Positions 40,632 to 51,138 of a stretch of DNA of 64,000 bases are shown piece by piece (the first letter of the stretch is position 1; every line of letters starts with the position of its first letter). The notes beneath the pieces were generated by a model. It ran no database searches, had not been told where the DNA came from, and saw only the letters and a list, made by a program, of their open reading frames with translations. Source of the DNA: Candidatus Cloacimonadota bacterium (GTDB lineage Bacteria; Cloacimonadota; Cloacimonadia; G963667145); the NCBI GenBank assembly GCA_963676515.1, contig OY781061.1:386890-450889 (forward strand), read 5' to 3'. The position numbers and the translations under genes were made by a program.

Positions 40632-43133
40632 ATGATAAATCATCGCTTTAGCAAACTAGAAAACGAGTTCCAAATAATCTCTTGCCCCCTGAAAGACAGA
40701 AAAATCGTTTATTTGGCAGTTTTCGTGAGAACAGGCTCCAACCAAGAGATAAAGGCGGAAAGAGGTTTCGCCCACTTCACGGAACACTTGGTTTTCAAAT
40801 CCACCGAAAAATACCCACAAAATGCGATAATGAACGAAGTTTCTCGCCTTGGTGGCTCGATTAACGCCTTCACGGAGTACAACTCCACCTGCTTTTACCT
40901 ACTACTACCCAGCCAGCACCTAGCTAAGGGACTGGAAATACTGAGCCAGCTCACCCGCTGGGCGAATTTTGACCAGAGCGAATTTACCACAGAAAAAGGA
41001 GTGGTAATAGAAGAGCTTTACCAATATCAAAACGATCCCGACGAGTGGTTCTTTGAAAACAGTTTGGAACACTTTTTCTCTAGAGCGAACTATCGCTACC
41101 CGATCATCGGCAACCTCGACAACCTGCAAAACTCGACTCCTGAGAACTTGCGAAAATTTTACCAACAAAAATACACCCCTAGCAACTGTTTTTTGGTAGC
41201 TTGTGGCGATATACCAACAACGCTAGAGCAAGCGGTGGAAGAATTTTTCGGCTCTTGGCAAAACAAAATAGAGAGCAACCCTCCGCAAAGAGAAGAGGAG
41301 CTAAACAATCACCAAAAAGGGTACAAGTTTTTTGAAAAAGATATCGAAAAAGACCAAATCAACATCTTATTCAACGCTCCTGCTCAATCCCAAAAAGAGT
41401 ACCTCTCTTTTATGCTAGCCACTACTATTTTGGCAGAACACCAAAACTCTATCTTGCAAAAAAAACTCAAGCAAGAGCTGGGAATAATAGACCATCTGGG
41501 GAGTTGCGATATCGGTCAGGCTACTCCTGGAGCTTTAGTATTACAGATTTTTCCCCAAAAAGAGAGCCAACAAGTACTACAAGTCACCCAAGAAACTATC
41601 GAAGATTTTGCTCAAAACGGCTGCACCTACAGCCAGTACCAGCAAGCTCTGAAAATCCTGGACAACGCCCACCGTTTTAGCTTGGAATCTTGCGAAGATT
41701 TAGGCGTACAGCTCGGCTTGTCCCATATCGCAGGAGAGTTCCGCTTTACTTTGGAGTTTTGCGATAGGGTACAAAAGGTCACTTTCTCCGATGTGCAAGC
41801 TACTATAAAAAAGCACTTTAGCGATTTCCAAGTTTATCATATGGGGACAAAATCACTAGCTCAACCCAAAAGTTTGCTGGAGAAAAAAAGCATTATTCCC
41901 GCAGAAGATCTGTTTTGTTATCAGCTTTTCGACAATTTCAAAATCGTCCTCAAAAGAGAACCACAAAGAGAAAGCTGTGGCGTTTGCCTGACGACCAGAT
42001 CCGCTCTCGGGCAAGAATCCCCTGAACAACTTGGCATCCAAAGTCTATGCTCCCATCTTTTGATTTATGGCAACCATGAGCAATCTCACACGCAGTTTAT
42101 CGATTACTGCCAAGAAAACGGCTTGAAATTCAGCATTAACACCAATATGGACATCACCTCGCTCGACATCAAGTGCTTCACTCGGTCGCTACCAGAGGCA
42201 TTGCATCTACTGGCACTCACCTACTGGAAACCACGATTTGAGCCAAAGCAGTTTGATATGCTAGTGGAACGCTACCTCTCGGATTTGCAAAGGGTGCAAG
42301 ACTACCCCGTGCACCAAGCAGACAAGCTGTTCAAGCAAGAGGTTTTCGGTAACAACAGTCCCTTTGTCCACAAGAAAGGCACTGCAAAAAGTTTGCAACT
42401 GCTTGATTTGGAGCAGATTAAAAAATGGCATCAGAACCACTTCTTACCTCAAGAGTTCGTTTTGAGCGTTGTGGGAGATTTCGATACGGAAAAGATTATC
42501 CCACTGTGTCAAAGAGCTTTTGCCGATTTTGCTGGAAAGAAAATAGAAAAAACAAGTGAGTTGAGTTGCTCTATAGAAAAAAGTTTGCAAATAAAAACGG
42601 AACTGGAAAGTTCCACCCAAGACATACTTTACCTCGTAGGAGCTGCGGATAATGCTCTCAATGTCAAAGAGAACACCGCTTTTTCCCTTTTGAGCCAAAT
42701 AATCGGCGGCAGCATTAGCTCAAGAATGTTCGATACTTTACGCGAAAAGATGGGCATAGCCTACTCCTGCGGTTTCTCACAGAGCAGCTTCTTAGATTTC
42801 GGCTACTACAAGGCGTCTGTCCTCGCTCAAAAAGGGGCTGGGGAAAAAGTGCTAGAATGCACGAAAAACATCCTGCAAGATATGGCTAACGGCGGCGTAA
42901 CCCCACAAGAACTGACGATGAGCAAGAGTTACCTTAGCAATCTGAAACTTTTTTACGAAGAAGACCCGCTGAATATCGCTTGCTCTCTGGCACACCTAGA
43001 GCTTTCTGGTTTTGGCTTCCGCCATTTTGCGGGATACAATAGCCGTATCGAACAAACTTCTGCTCAAGATTTGCAAAATGTAGCCCAAAAATACTTCCAA
43101 AATTTCAGCTCTGGAATTTATTGTGGGAGCTAA
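40632..43133 (+). CDS. M16-family zinc peptidase (tandem insulinase-like halves)
   Basis: Inverted zinc motif HFTEH(x)nE; about 830 aa two-unit M16 architecture; start moved to MINHRF because the track's upstream extension overlaps the SRP RNA. Confidence 0.8.
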   Translation: MINHRFSKLENEFQIISCPLKDRKIVYLAVFVRTGSNQEIKAERGFAHFTEHLVFKSTEKYPQNAIMNEVSRLGGSINAFTEYNSTCFYLLLPSQHLAKGLEILSQLTRWANFDQSEFTTEKGVVIEELYQYQNDPDEWFFENSLEHFFSRANYRYPIIGNLDNLQNSTPENLRKFYQQKYTPSNCFLVACGDIPTTLEQAVEEFFGSWQNKIESNPPQREEELNNHQKGYKFFEKDIEKDQINILFNAPAQSQKEYLSFMLATTILAEHQNSILQKKLKQELGIIDHLGSCDIGQATPGALVLQIFPQKESQQVLQVTQETIEDFAQNGCTYSQYQQALKILDNAHRFSLESCEDLGVQLGLSHIAGEFRFTLEFCDRVQKVTFSDVQATIKKHFSDFQVYHMGTKSLAQPKSLLEKKSIIPAEDLFCYQLFDNFKIVLKREPQRESCGVCLTTRSALGQESPEQLGIQSLCSHLLIYGNHEQSHTQFIDYCQENGLKFSINTNMDITSLDIKCFTRSLPEALHLLALTYWKPRFEPKQFDMLVERYLSDLQRVQDYPVHQADKLFKQEVFGNNSPFVHKKGTAKSLQLLDLEQIKKWHQNHFLPQEFVLSVVGDFDTEKIIPLCQRAFADFAGKKIEKTSELSCSIEKSLQIKTELESSTQDILYLVGAADNALNVKENTAFSLLSQIIGGSISSRMFDTLREKMGIAYSCGFSQSSFLDFGYYKASVLAQKGAGEKVLECTKNILQDMANGGVTPQELTMSKSYLSNLKLFYEEDPLNIACSLAHLELSGFGFRHFAGYNSRIEQTSAQDLQNVAQKYFQNFSSGIYCGS

Positions 43134-43317
43134 AAGAAAAAAAACGAACGCTAGTTTACCCCCAATTTAGCAGGAACTTTTCTTTGTTGTTAATTCCGTG
43201 CCAAGCTCCCTCGAAAGCGATAATACTTGACTTTGCGGGCTTCTTTCCCTTCTGTGGAGAAAATCAATATTACAAAGAAAAAAGAAGCTGACACGCAAAT
43301 AAAGAGGGAGATAAAAG

Positions 43318-45399
43318 ATGTTCAAAAAAATTATCAAAAGAAAGGGTATAGAAGAAAACTTCGATTCCCAAAAAATCACCGCTGCTCTTGTTAAAGCTGG
43401 CAAAGCGACCGAAGAATTTGACCAGAGACTTGGCGAAAAACTCACTCTGAGAGTTCTCTCTTTGGCTCAATCTATGATCAAAGACAAAATTCCCACAGTA
43501 GAGAATATACAAGATATCGTGGAAGAAGTTCTTTTGGCGTCTCCTTACAAACAAACTGCCAAAGCTTACATCATCTATCGTGACCAACACTCCAAGATAA
43601 GAGAGATATCTTCTGCATCGGGCGTGAAGATGATCGACAGCTACCTAAAGAAGCTCGACTGGCAAGTGAAAGAGAACAGCAATATGTGCTACTCTTTGCA
43701 AGGACTGAACAACTATATCGCCTCCGAGGTGAGCAAAATCTATTGGCTCAACGAGATTTACCCTACCAACATAAAAGATGCTCACTCCAAAGGAGATTTG
43801 CACATCCACGATTTGAGCCAACTGTCTGTTTACTGTGTCGGCTGGGATCTAAAAGACCTACTGATGACTGGATTCCAAGGCGTAGAGGGCAAAGTAGCTT
43901 GCAATCCTCCAAGCCATTTCGTGTCTGCTCTGGGGCAAGTGGTCAACTTCTTTTACACTTTGCAAGGCGAAGCCAGTGGTGCTCAAGCGTTCTCCAGCTT
44001 CGATACCCTCTTGGCACCTTTTATCTATTACGACAAACTTAGCTACCAAGATGTATTCCAAGCTATGCAGTCTTTCATCTACAACCTCAATGTCCCCACC
44101 AGAGTCGGCTTCCAAACACCGTTTACCAACATCACTATGGATCTGACGATGCCTTCATCTTACAAGGACGAGGCGGTAATCATCGGTGGCAAAATGAAAG
44201 ACAAAGTTTACGGCGAATTCCAAAAAGAGATGGATATGCTCAACAAAGCTTTCTTGGAAGTGATGAGTGATGGCGACGCCAATGGACGAGTTTTCACTTT
44301 TCCCATACCAACCTACAATATCACCAAAAACTTCGACTGGGAAAACCCTGTCTTGGAAAACTTATGGAAAGCCACTGGCAAGTACGGCATCCCCTATTTC
44401 GCCAACTTCGTCAACTCCAGTCTAAATCCCGAAGATATCCGCTCTATGTGTTGCCGCCTAAATATCGACACATCCAAGCTGGAAGTCAGAGGTGGAGGTC
44501 TGTTTGGCTCGTATCCACTCACTGGGTCTATCGGCGTGGTAACTATGAATATGCCTCGCCTTGGTTATTTGTCCAAAGATGAGCAAGAGTTCAAAAATCG
44601 TCTGGCAATCTTGATGGACACAGCTTATCAAAGTTTGGAGATTAAAAGAAAAATCTTGGAAAGCTACACCGACAAAAACCTCTATCCATATTCCAAGTTT
44701 TACTTGCGAGGGATGAAAAAGAAGAGCGGGAAATTCTGGGTAAACCACTTCTCTACCATCGGACTCGTCGGGATGAACGAGGCTTGCCTCAACCTTTTGG
44801 GAGAGAACATCGCCAGCGATAATGGACAAGCATTTACCGAAAGGATCATGGACTTTATGCGAGACAAGCTCCTGGAGTATCAGACCATCTCTGGCAACAA
44901 CTACAACCTCGAGGCTACACCAGCCGAAGGCACCAGCTATCGCCTAGCCAAAATAGACAAACAACTCTATGGCGACATCGTCTCTGCTGGCAAAGCGGAC
45001 GACAAAGAGCCATACTACACCAACTCGACTCAACTACCTGTGGACTACTCCGACGACCTCTTCGAGGTGCTCGCCAAGCAAGACAACATCCAAGCCAAAT
45101 ACACTGGTGGCACTGTCGTCCACCTCTACGGCGGAGAGCAGATTACCGACTACTCGGTGGTAAAGAACCTCGTAAAGAAAATCAGTGCCAAGCACAAATT
45201 ACCGTACTTCTCCCTAACTCCCACCTTCAGCATCTGCAAAAAGCACGGTTACCTATCTGGCGAAAAGTTCGTCTGCCCCAAATGCGGTGGCGAGTGCGAA
45301 GTATACTCTCGCATCGTGGGATATCTACGACCTCTCAGCCAATGGAACGACGGCAAAAAAACCGAATATGAAGAGAGAAAAGTGGTGAAATACCAATGA
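43318..45399 (+). CDS. nrdD: Anaerobic ribonucleoside-triphosphate reductase (class III) with N-terminal ATP-cone
   Basis: ATP-cone KITAALVKAGKA; C-terminal Cys4 zinc ribbon CKKHGYLSGEKFVCPKCGGEC and glycyl-radical region SRIVGYLRP; good SD AGAGGGAG. Confidence 0.9.
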   Translation: MFKKIIKRKGIEENFDSQKITAALVKAGKATEEFDQRLGEKLTLRVLSLAQSMIKDKIPTVENIQDIVEEVLLASPYKQTAKAYIIYRDQHSKIREISSASGVKMIDSYLKKLDWQVKENSNMCYSLQGLNNYIASEVSKIYWLNEIYPTNIKDAHSKGDLHIHDLSQLSVYCVGWDLKDLLMTGFQGVEGKVACNPPSHFVSALGQVVNFFYTLQGEASGAQAFSSFDTLLAPFIYYDKLSYQDVFQAMQSFIYNLNVPTRVGFQTPFTNITMDLTMPSSYKDEAVIIGGKMKDKVYGEFQKEMDMLNKAFLEVMSDGDANGRVFTFPIPTYNITKNFDWENPVLENLWKATGKYGIPYFANFVNSSLNPEDIRSMCCRLNIDTSKLEVRGGGLFGSYPLTGSIGVVTMNMPRLGYLSKDEQEFKNRLAILMDTAYQSLEIKRKILESYTDKNLYPYSKFYLRGMKKKSGKFWVNHFSTIGLVGMNEACLNLLGENIASDNGQAFTERIMDFMRDKLLEYQTISGNNYNLEATPAEGTSYRLAKIDKQLYGDIVSAGKADDKEPYYTNSTQLPVDYSDDLFEVLAKQDNIQAKYTGGTVVHLYGGEQITDYSVVKNLVKKISAKHKLPYFSLTPTFSICKKHGYLSGEKFVCPKCGGECEVYSRIVGYLRPLSQWNDGKKTEYEERKVVKYQ

Positions 45400-46067
45400 T
45401 AATTGGCGGACTACAAAAGCTATCGATGATAGATTACCCGGGAAAACTCTCGGCTATCGTTTTTACCAAAGGGTGCAATTTTTTGTGCCCTTTTTGCCAT
45501 AACGCTGGATTACTGGAGACTGATGACAAATCGCTCTACTGCCAAGAAAATATTTTGGAATTTCTAAAAACTCGCCAAGGGATGCTGGATGCAGTGAGCA
45601 TCAGCGGAGGAGAGCCGCTATTGCAAAAAGACATTTTGGATTTCTTGCAAAAAGTGCAAGCGATGGGCTTTCTCGTGAAGCTGGACACCAACGGCTACTC
45701 CCCAGAAAAGCTAGAGCAGGCTCTACCCTTCGTGGACTATGTCGCTATGGATCTCAAAGCTCCTTTATCCAAATATCATCTTTTAGCAGGAAAATCTGTG
45801 GATTTGGAAAAAATCAAAAAGAGCGTAGAGATTCTCAAAAATTTCCCTAAGGCGAAAGAGTTCCGCACCACGCTCGTGCATCCTCTTTTGGAGAGGGAAG
45901 ATATTAAGAAAATTTACCAAGAGTACAAAATTGAGCATCTGCCTTACTATCTACAAAATTATCACCCTATCCCCCAAGACACTTTAGGCATTATGTGGGG
46001 CTTTACTCAGCAAGAACTAGAATTATTGGAACAGGAAATACCGTGCCAAATCAGAAATTCGTCCTAA
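45396..46067 (+). CDS. nrdG: Anaerobic ribonucleotide reductase activating protein (radical SAM)
   Basis: CNFLCPFCHN radical-SAM cluster motif; 4-nt overlap with nrdD. Confidence 0.85.
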   Translation: MIIGGLQKLSMIDYPGKLSAIVFTKGCNFLCPFCHNAGLLETDDKSLYCQENILEFLKTRQGMLDAVSISGGEPLLQKDILDFLQKVQAMGFLVKLDTNGYSPEKLEQALPFVDYVAMDLKAPLSKYHLLAGKSVDLEKIKKSVEILKNFPKAKEFRTTLVHPLLEREDIKKIYQEYKIEHLPYYLQNYHPIPQDTLGIMWGFTQQELELLEQEIPCQIRNSS

Positions 46068-48031
46068 AATCTACCTTCGTCCCCAAAGGCGACCAGCCAC
46101 AGGCGATCAGTGACCTGACCGCCAAGTTCCTAGCGGGGGAACGCTACGCAACTTTGCTAGGAGTTACCGGCTCTGGCAAGACTTTTACGATGGCAAATGT
46201 GATCCAGAATCTAAATAAACCCACTCTTATCTTGTGCCACAACAAAACTTTAGCGGCTCAGCTTTACGGAGAGTTCAAGCAATTTTTCCCCGAGAACGCC
46301 GTGGAATATTTCGTCTCTTACTACGACTACTACCAACCAGAGGCGTACATCCCTGGCAGAGACATCTACATCGAAAAAGACTCCAGCATCAACGAACGCA
46401 TCGAGATGCTACGGCTGCACACCACGATGAGCCTCTTCGAGCGACGCGATGTAATTGTGGTCGCCAGCGTGTCTTGCATCTATGGTCTGGGAATGCCCGA
46501 GGAGTACTTCAAGGCGGTAGTGGAGATAGAAAAAGACCAGACAATGGAAAGAGACGAGTTGATCTCCAAGCTGATAGACTCCCATTACCAAAGAAACGAC
46601 TTCGAGTTCGTGCGAGGAGGCATCAGGGTAAAAGGAGACACAGTCGAGATTTATCCGGCCTACTTAGAAAATTCCGTGCGAGTGGAGTTCGACTTTGACC
46701 ACATCGCCAGAATCAGCAGGATAAACCCCCTAGACAACAGAGTGCTAAGCGAAGTGGACTCATTCCCCATTTATCCAGCTAACCACTTCATCACCAGCCA
46801 AGAGCAGCAAAATAAAGCGATAAGCTCCATCAGAAAAGAGCTCGAAAGTCGCATCGCCTACTTTGAGCAAAACAAGCAAATCTTGGAAGCACAGAGGATA
46901 GAACAACGAACCAACTTCGATCTGGAGATGATCAGCGAGATAGGATACTGCTCGGGAATAGAGAACTACTCCTATCACCTGAAAGGCGGGAAGCCCGGGC
47001 AAACACCTGTCTGCTTGCTGGACTACTTTCCCGACGATTTTTTGACCATCATCGATGAATCCCATGCCAGCATACCGCAAGTCAGGGCAATGTTCGGTGG
47101 CGACTACGCCCGCAAGAAAAATTTGGTGGAACACGGATTTCGCTTGCCTTGCTCTTTTGACAATCGCCCTTTGATGTTTACAGAGTTTGAGCAGAAAAAC
47201 AAAAGAACGCTTTTCGTGTCGGCGACGCCTGCTGATTACGAGTTGGAAAAAACTGACGGAGAGTTCACGGAGCAAGTGGTGCGACCCACAGGGCTACTCG
47301 ACCCAGAAATCGTCATCAGCCCGATAGGAAACCAAGTGGACGACTTATTGGAAAGGCTGAAAAAGGTTATCGCCAAGAATGATGTGGCTCTGGTGGCAAC
47401 TCTCACCCAGAAGATGAGCGAAGATTTGACCGATTACCTAAAAAACGCGGGCATAAAGGCTGCGTATATGCACAGCAAGACCAAAACCGCCGAACGAACC
47501 AATATCATCCGCAGGCTGAGACTAAAGAAGATAGCCGTCATCGTGGGAGTCAACCTCTTACGAGAGGGGCTTGATATGCCCGAAGTTTCGCTAGTGGCTA
47601 TCCTCGATGCCGACAAGACAGGATTTCTACGCTCGAAGAGGGCTCTGATCCAGACCTCTGGTAGAGCTGCCAGAAACGCCAAAGGACTGGTAGTGTTTTA
47701 TGCGGACAATATCAGCGACGCTATCGCCCAGACCATAGAAGAAACTCAAAGAAGAAGAGAAAAACAGATAGAGTACAACAAAAAGCACAACATCGTCCCC
47801 AAAACTATCGCTAAGACGATGCAAGAGATACTGGACGCCACCAAGGTTGCTCAAGAGGTAGACGAGGCGAAGTCACCCACTATCAAAGAATATCTAGAGG
47901 TAAACTCTTGGGAGTCAGCTCAAACGGTGCTCAAAAAAGAGATGTTGGCAGCAGCCAAGGCTTTGGATTTTGAAAAAGCCGCCGCTATCAAAGATAAACT
48001 ATTGGAAATGGGAATAGATCCGACAGAATAA
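46043..48031 (+). CDS. uvrB: Excinuclease ABC subunit B
   Basis: GTG start gives MPNQKFVLKSTFVPKGDQPQAI (cf. E. coli [21 protein letters not shown]); helicase motifs; SD AGGAAA; overlaps nrdG 3' end by about 25 nt. Confidence 0.95.
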   Translation: MPNQKFVLKSTFVPKGDQPQAISDLTAKFLAGERYATLLGVTGSGKTFTMANVIQNLNKPTLILCHNKTLAAQLYGEFKQFFPENAVEYFVSYYDYYQPEAYIPGRDIYIEKDSSINERIEMLRLHTTMSLFERRDVIVVASVSCIYGLGMPEEYFKAVVEIEKDQTMERDELISKLIDSHYQRNDFEFVRGGIRVKGDTVEIYPAYLENSVRVEFDFDHIARISRINPLDNRVLSEVDSFPIYPANHFITSQEQQNKAISSIRKELESRIAYFEQNKQILEAQRIEQRTNFDLEMISEIGYCSGIENYSYHLKGGKPGQTPVCLLDYFPDDFLTIIDESHASIPQVRAMFGGDYARKKNLVEHGFRLPCSFDNRPLMFTEFEQKNKRTLFVSATPADYELEKTDGEFTEQVVRPTGLLDPEIVISPIGNQVDDLLERLKKVIAKNDVALVATLTQKMSEDLTDYLKNAGIKAAYMHSKTKTAERTNIIRRLRLKKIAVIVGVNLLREGLDMPEVSLVAILDADKTGFLRSKRALIQTSGRAARNAKGLVVFYADNISDAIAQTIEETQRRREKQIEYNKKHNIVPKTIAKTMQEILDATKVAQEVDEAKSPTIKEYLEVNSWESAQTVLKKEMLAAAKALDFEKAAAIKDKLLEMGIDPTE

Positions 48032-48048
48032 GATGCAAGACAAGAGCC

Positions 48049-50202
48049 TTACATCCTCTCGACAAATGTTCCTACGATTTTTTTCAGCTCACCATTATTG
48101 AAAGAGATTGTCAATTTTGCATCTTTCCCCGAGCCACTGACTTCCAAAATCTGACCTTGCCCGAACTTCTTGTGGAAGACGACATCTTTGACCCGATAAA
48201 AAGCTTTTTTGCCCACGCTCACGATGCGAGGCGAACTTTTCCGCTCTTTCTCTTCGTACTTTTTGCCAAACACAAAAGATTGCTTTTTGAGGCTGCTTTT
48301 ATATAACTTCTTATCAAATTCGTCCAAAAATCGGCTCTTGTCCGTAATCTCCGTCTTAAATCCGCTAGAAGCGAATTTCCGCCTTTCACGGCAATAAGTA
48401 AACAATAGGCTCTTCTTGGCTCTGGTGATAGCCACATAGAGCAGGCGTCTTTCTTCTTGCAAACCAGAAGGCTCTGCCATAGATAATTGGTGTGGCAAAA
48501 TGCCCTCTTCGACACCCAAGATGAAAACATTCTCAAACTCCAAACCTTTGGAGTTGTGGATAGTCATCATCTGTATCTTACCTTTCTCGTCTTGGTCGTC
48601 GTCCACAGAAGATTGCAAACTAATGCTCTCCAAAAAATCGCTCAGAAGTGGATACACGCCTTGCATTTTATGGAAATTTTCGCAAAAAGTTTCTGTCATC
48701 AACAAAAATTCGTTGATGTTCTCACCCTTGGACATACTTGTGTCCGTCTCTTTCCTCTCGTAAAAATCTATCAACTTGATATCGGAGACTATCTCTTCCA
48801 CCAAAGCCAAAGGAGAAATCACCTCAGAATCTTCTTTCCAGCCACGCATCTTGCTAGCTAACGCCAACATAGCTTGCCAAGAAGAAGCGGTAACTGGTGC
48901 TTGATCTTCTGCAGTTAGCTCCAAAAAAGTTTTGCCAGTTTCATGGAGATAGCCCATCATCTTATTCGTGCTCACAGAGCCAATGCCTCTGATAGGGACA
49001 TTGATAATCCTCTGCAAGCTATAGAGGTCGCTAGGATTGTACAAAAATTTTAGGTAAGCGATAATATCTTTTATCTCCATCCGAGCAAAAAACTCCGTGC
49101 CGCCTCGGACCACATAAGGAATTTTTTTCTCAATTAGCACATTTTCCAAAATCCTCGACTGCGAGTTGATCCGATACAAGATAGCGGTGTTTTGGTAGTC
49201 AGCAATTTTTTTTATCTCTTTGATGATAAACTTGGCTTCCATATACTCATCCGTCAGTGCTTTCATCGATGGGAGATTTCCCGTAAATCCTTCTTGGGCA
49301 AAAAGTTGCTTCTCGTGCCGTTGTGGATTATTTTTGATCAGGCAGTTCGCCAAATCCAAAATCTGCTGAGTGGAGCGATAGTTTTGCTCCAACTTGACAA
49401 TCTTGACTGGTGCGAAATCTTTTTCAAAATTGAAAAGATTGGTGAAATCTGCACCTCTCCAAGAGTAAATGGATTGGTCATCGTCCCCCACCACACAGAT
49501 GTTTTGCTCTGCACCCCAGAGTTTTTTGAGCATCTCGTACTGAGCAAAATTGGTGTCTTGGAACTCGTCCACCATAATGTAGCGAAACTTCCGACGATAT
49601 TTATCTCTAATCGATTTGTTCTCTTTGAGCAGTTGCACAGTCTTCATCAATAAATCGTCAAAATCTAGCGAATTGTTTTCTTCCAAAAAAGCTTGATACC
49701 TTTTGTATAAGCTCGCTGTAGTCCGAGTGTAAAGGGAATCTTCGTTGCATTTGGCGTATCCATCTGGAGAGACTAACTTGCTTTTATGATTGGAGATAGC
49801 AGACAGCATCTTGACATGAGAGAATTTCCGTGGATCTACGCCGAGTTTTTTCACGATGCTCTTGGCTATGCCTTTTTGATCTTTGCTATCGGCGATGGTA
49901 AAATTGCTTTGCACGCCTATCTTATCGCCATCTATCCGCAATATCCGAGCACATATAGAGTGAAATGTACCCACCCAAGACCAAGACAATTCACCATTGT
50001 CCTCTCGCAACCTTTCTTTTAGCTCCGAAGCCGCCTTATTGGTAAAGGTAACAATCAAAATATTTTGTGGATCTACTCCGCTGGCGGCTATATTGCCAGC
50101 CCTAGCTGTGATACACCTCGTCTTGCCACTGCCAGCTCCAGCTATCACCAATAGATTTTGCTCTATGGTGTTTACAATCTCTTTTTGCCTATCATTTAGC
50201 AT
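48049..50202 (-). CDS. Superfamily-1 DNA helicase, UvrD/PcrA/Rep family
   Basis: Walker A IAGAGSGKTRCITAR, motifs II-VI of UvrD family, 717 aa. Confidence 0.85.
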   Translation of the reverse strand: MLNDRQKEIVNTIEQNLLVIAGAGSGKTRCITARAGNIAASGVDPQNILIVTFTNKAASELKERLREDNGELSWSWVGTFHSICARILRIDGDKIGVQSNFTIADSKDQKGIAKSIVKKLGVDPRKFSHVKMLSAISNHKSKLVSPDGYAKCNEDSLYTRTTASLYKRYQAFLEENNSLDFDDLLMKTVQLLKENKSIRDKYRRKFRYIMVDEFQDTNFAQYEMLKKLWGAEQNICVVGDDDQSIYSWRGADFTNLFNFEKDFAPVKIVKLEQNYRSTQQILDLANCLIKNNPQRHEKQLFAQEGFTGNLPSMKALTDEYMEAKFIIKEIKKIADYQNTAILYRINSQSRILENVLIEKKIPYVVRGGTEFFARMEIKDIIAYLKFLYNPSDLYSLQRIINVPIRGIGSVSTNKMMGYLHETGKTFLELTAEDQAPVTASSWQAMLALASKMRGWKEDSEVISPLALVEEIVSDIKLIDFYERKETDTSMSKGENINEFLLMTETFCENFHKMQGVYPLLSDFLESISLQSSVDDDQDEKGKIQMMTIHNSKGLEFENVFILGVEEGILPHQLSMAEPSGLQEERRLLYVAITRAKKSLLFTYCRERRKFASSGFKTEITDKSRFLDEFDKKLYKSSLKKQSFVFGKKYEEKERKSSPRIVSVGKKAFYRVKDVVFHKKFGQGQILEVSGSGKDAKLTISFNNGELKKIVGTFVERM

Positions 50203-50276
50203 TAAAAAAACCCCTTGTTTCCAAAAAAAATACTACTCTAAGGAAAGGGAAAGAGTTAAACTGTCAAGCTTTGTTT

Positions 50277-51137
50277 CTAAAAGCGATACATTATCATCGA
50301 AGTTATGGAGTTTGTCGTTGCCTTTTGCGTAATGGGAGAGTTCAGGACATCTTCCAAGTAGTATTCTCTGCTAAAGCTCAGCATAAACATCCAATTTTGG
50401 TTAATTATCAAATTGGTAGAGAGCGAATAAGAAAAGCTGTGTAGCCCACCATTTGCAGCAAAGATGGGTTTGCCTTCTTTGTCATAATAGCTGAAATACG
50501 CTTTGGCAAAGTTATCGTCCATCATCGACAAATTCAGTTGCCCTTTTAGCCCCAAAAAGCAAGGCTTGATCATTATCGGGAAGCCTGGCGTTTCCAGCAC
50601 CAACTCCAAAAAATGAGCATCCAGAGATTCATCTTTGATAGGAGGATGAATCATCTTTACAGGAAAATAGGTGTAGTCGGCTCTTATGAAATAAGCTCCT
50701 ACCCCCACATTATAGTTCGCATTGTTTATTACGCCCGGCTTGTAGCCATCGCTGTCTTTGTCTCCATTGCGTTTGCTGCCAACAAACACAGCTATATATG
50801 TCTCTAGTGCTCCATCCAAGAAGTTATATCTGCTCTCTACACCTAAACCGCTGGTTCCTATTCCCCAACCTTCTTGCTCGTATTCAGCACTTATTATGGG
50901 AAAACAGGAGTAGTTGTTTCTATCTTCTCCTAAGCTACGCCCATAGGAAGCAAGGATTCCACCCACAAAATGCCAACCATATTCTTTCTTGCGCTTTTCC
51001 TTAATTTTTACCACTTCTTTGTTCTTCCTGTCCACCACCATCATCGGAGGCTCAGGTTTTTTTGCCACATTTAAATCTTCGGCAGATAAATCTGCAAACA
51101 GAAAAAGCAAACACGCTAAAATCAAATAGTTTCTCAT
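50277..51137 (-). CDS. Predicted outer-membrane beta-barrel protein (MipA/OmpV-like?) at the 3' end of the RND operon
   Basis: Signal peptide MRNYLILACLLFLFADLSA; alternating-hydrophobic strands; C-terminal ...MIMYRF. Confidence 0.4.
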   Translation of the reverse strand: MRNYLILACLLFLFADLSAEDLNVAKKPEPPMMVVDRKNKEVVKIKEKRKKEYGWHFVGGILASYGRSLGEDRNNYSCFPIISAEYEQEGWGIGTSGLGVESRYNFLDGALETYIAVFVGSKRNGDKDSDGYKPGVINNANYNVGVGAYFIRADYTYFPVKMIHPPIKDESLDAHFLELVLETPGFPIMIKPCFLGLKGQLNLSMMDDNFAKAYFSYYDKEGKPIFAANGGLHSFSYSLSTNLIINQNWMFMLSFSREYYLEDVLNSPITQKATTNSITSMIMYRF

Positions 51138-51138
51138 T

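Noticed and set aside
43134-43317. Searched for an NrdR box / riboswitch upstream of nrdD
   Set aside because: Only a weak AT-rich near-palindrome (caatattacaaag); nothing matching the 16-bp NrdR consensus well enough to report.
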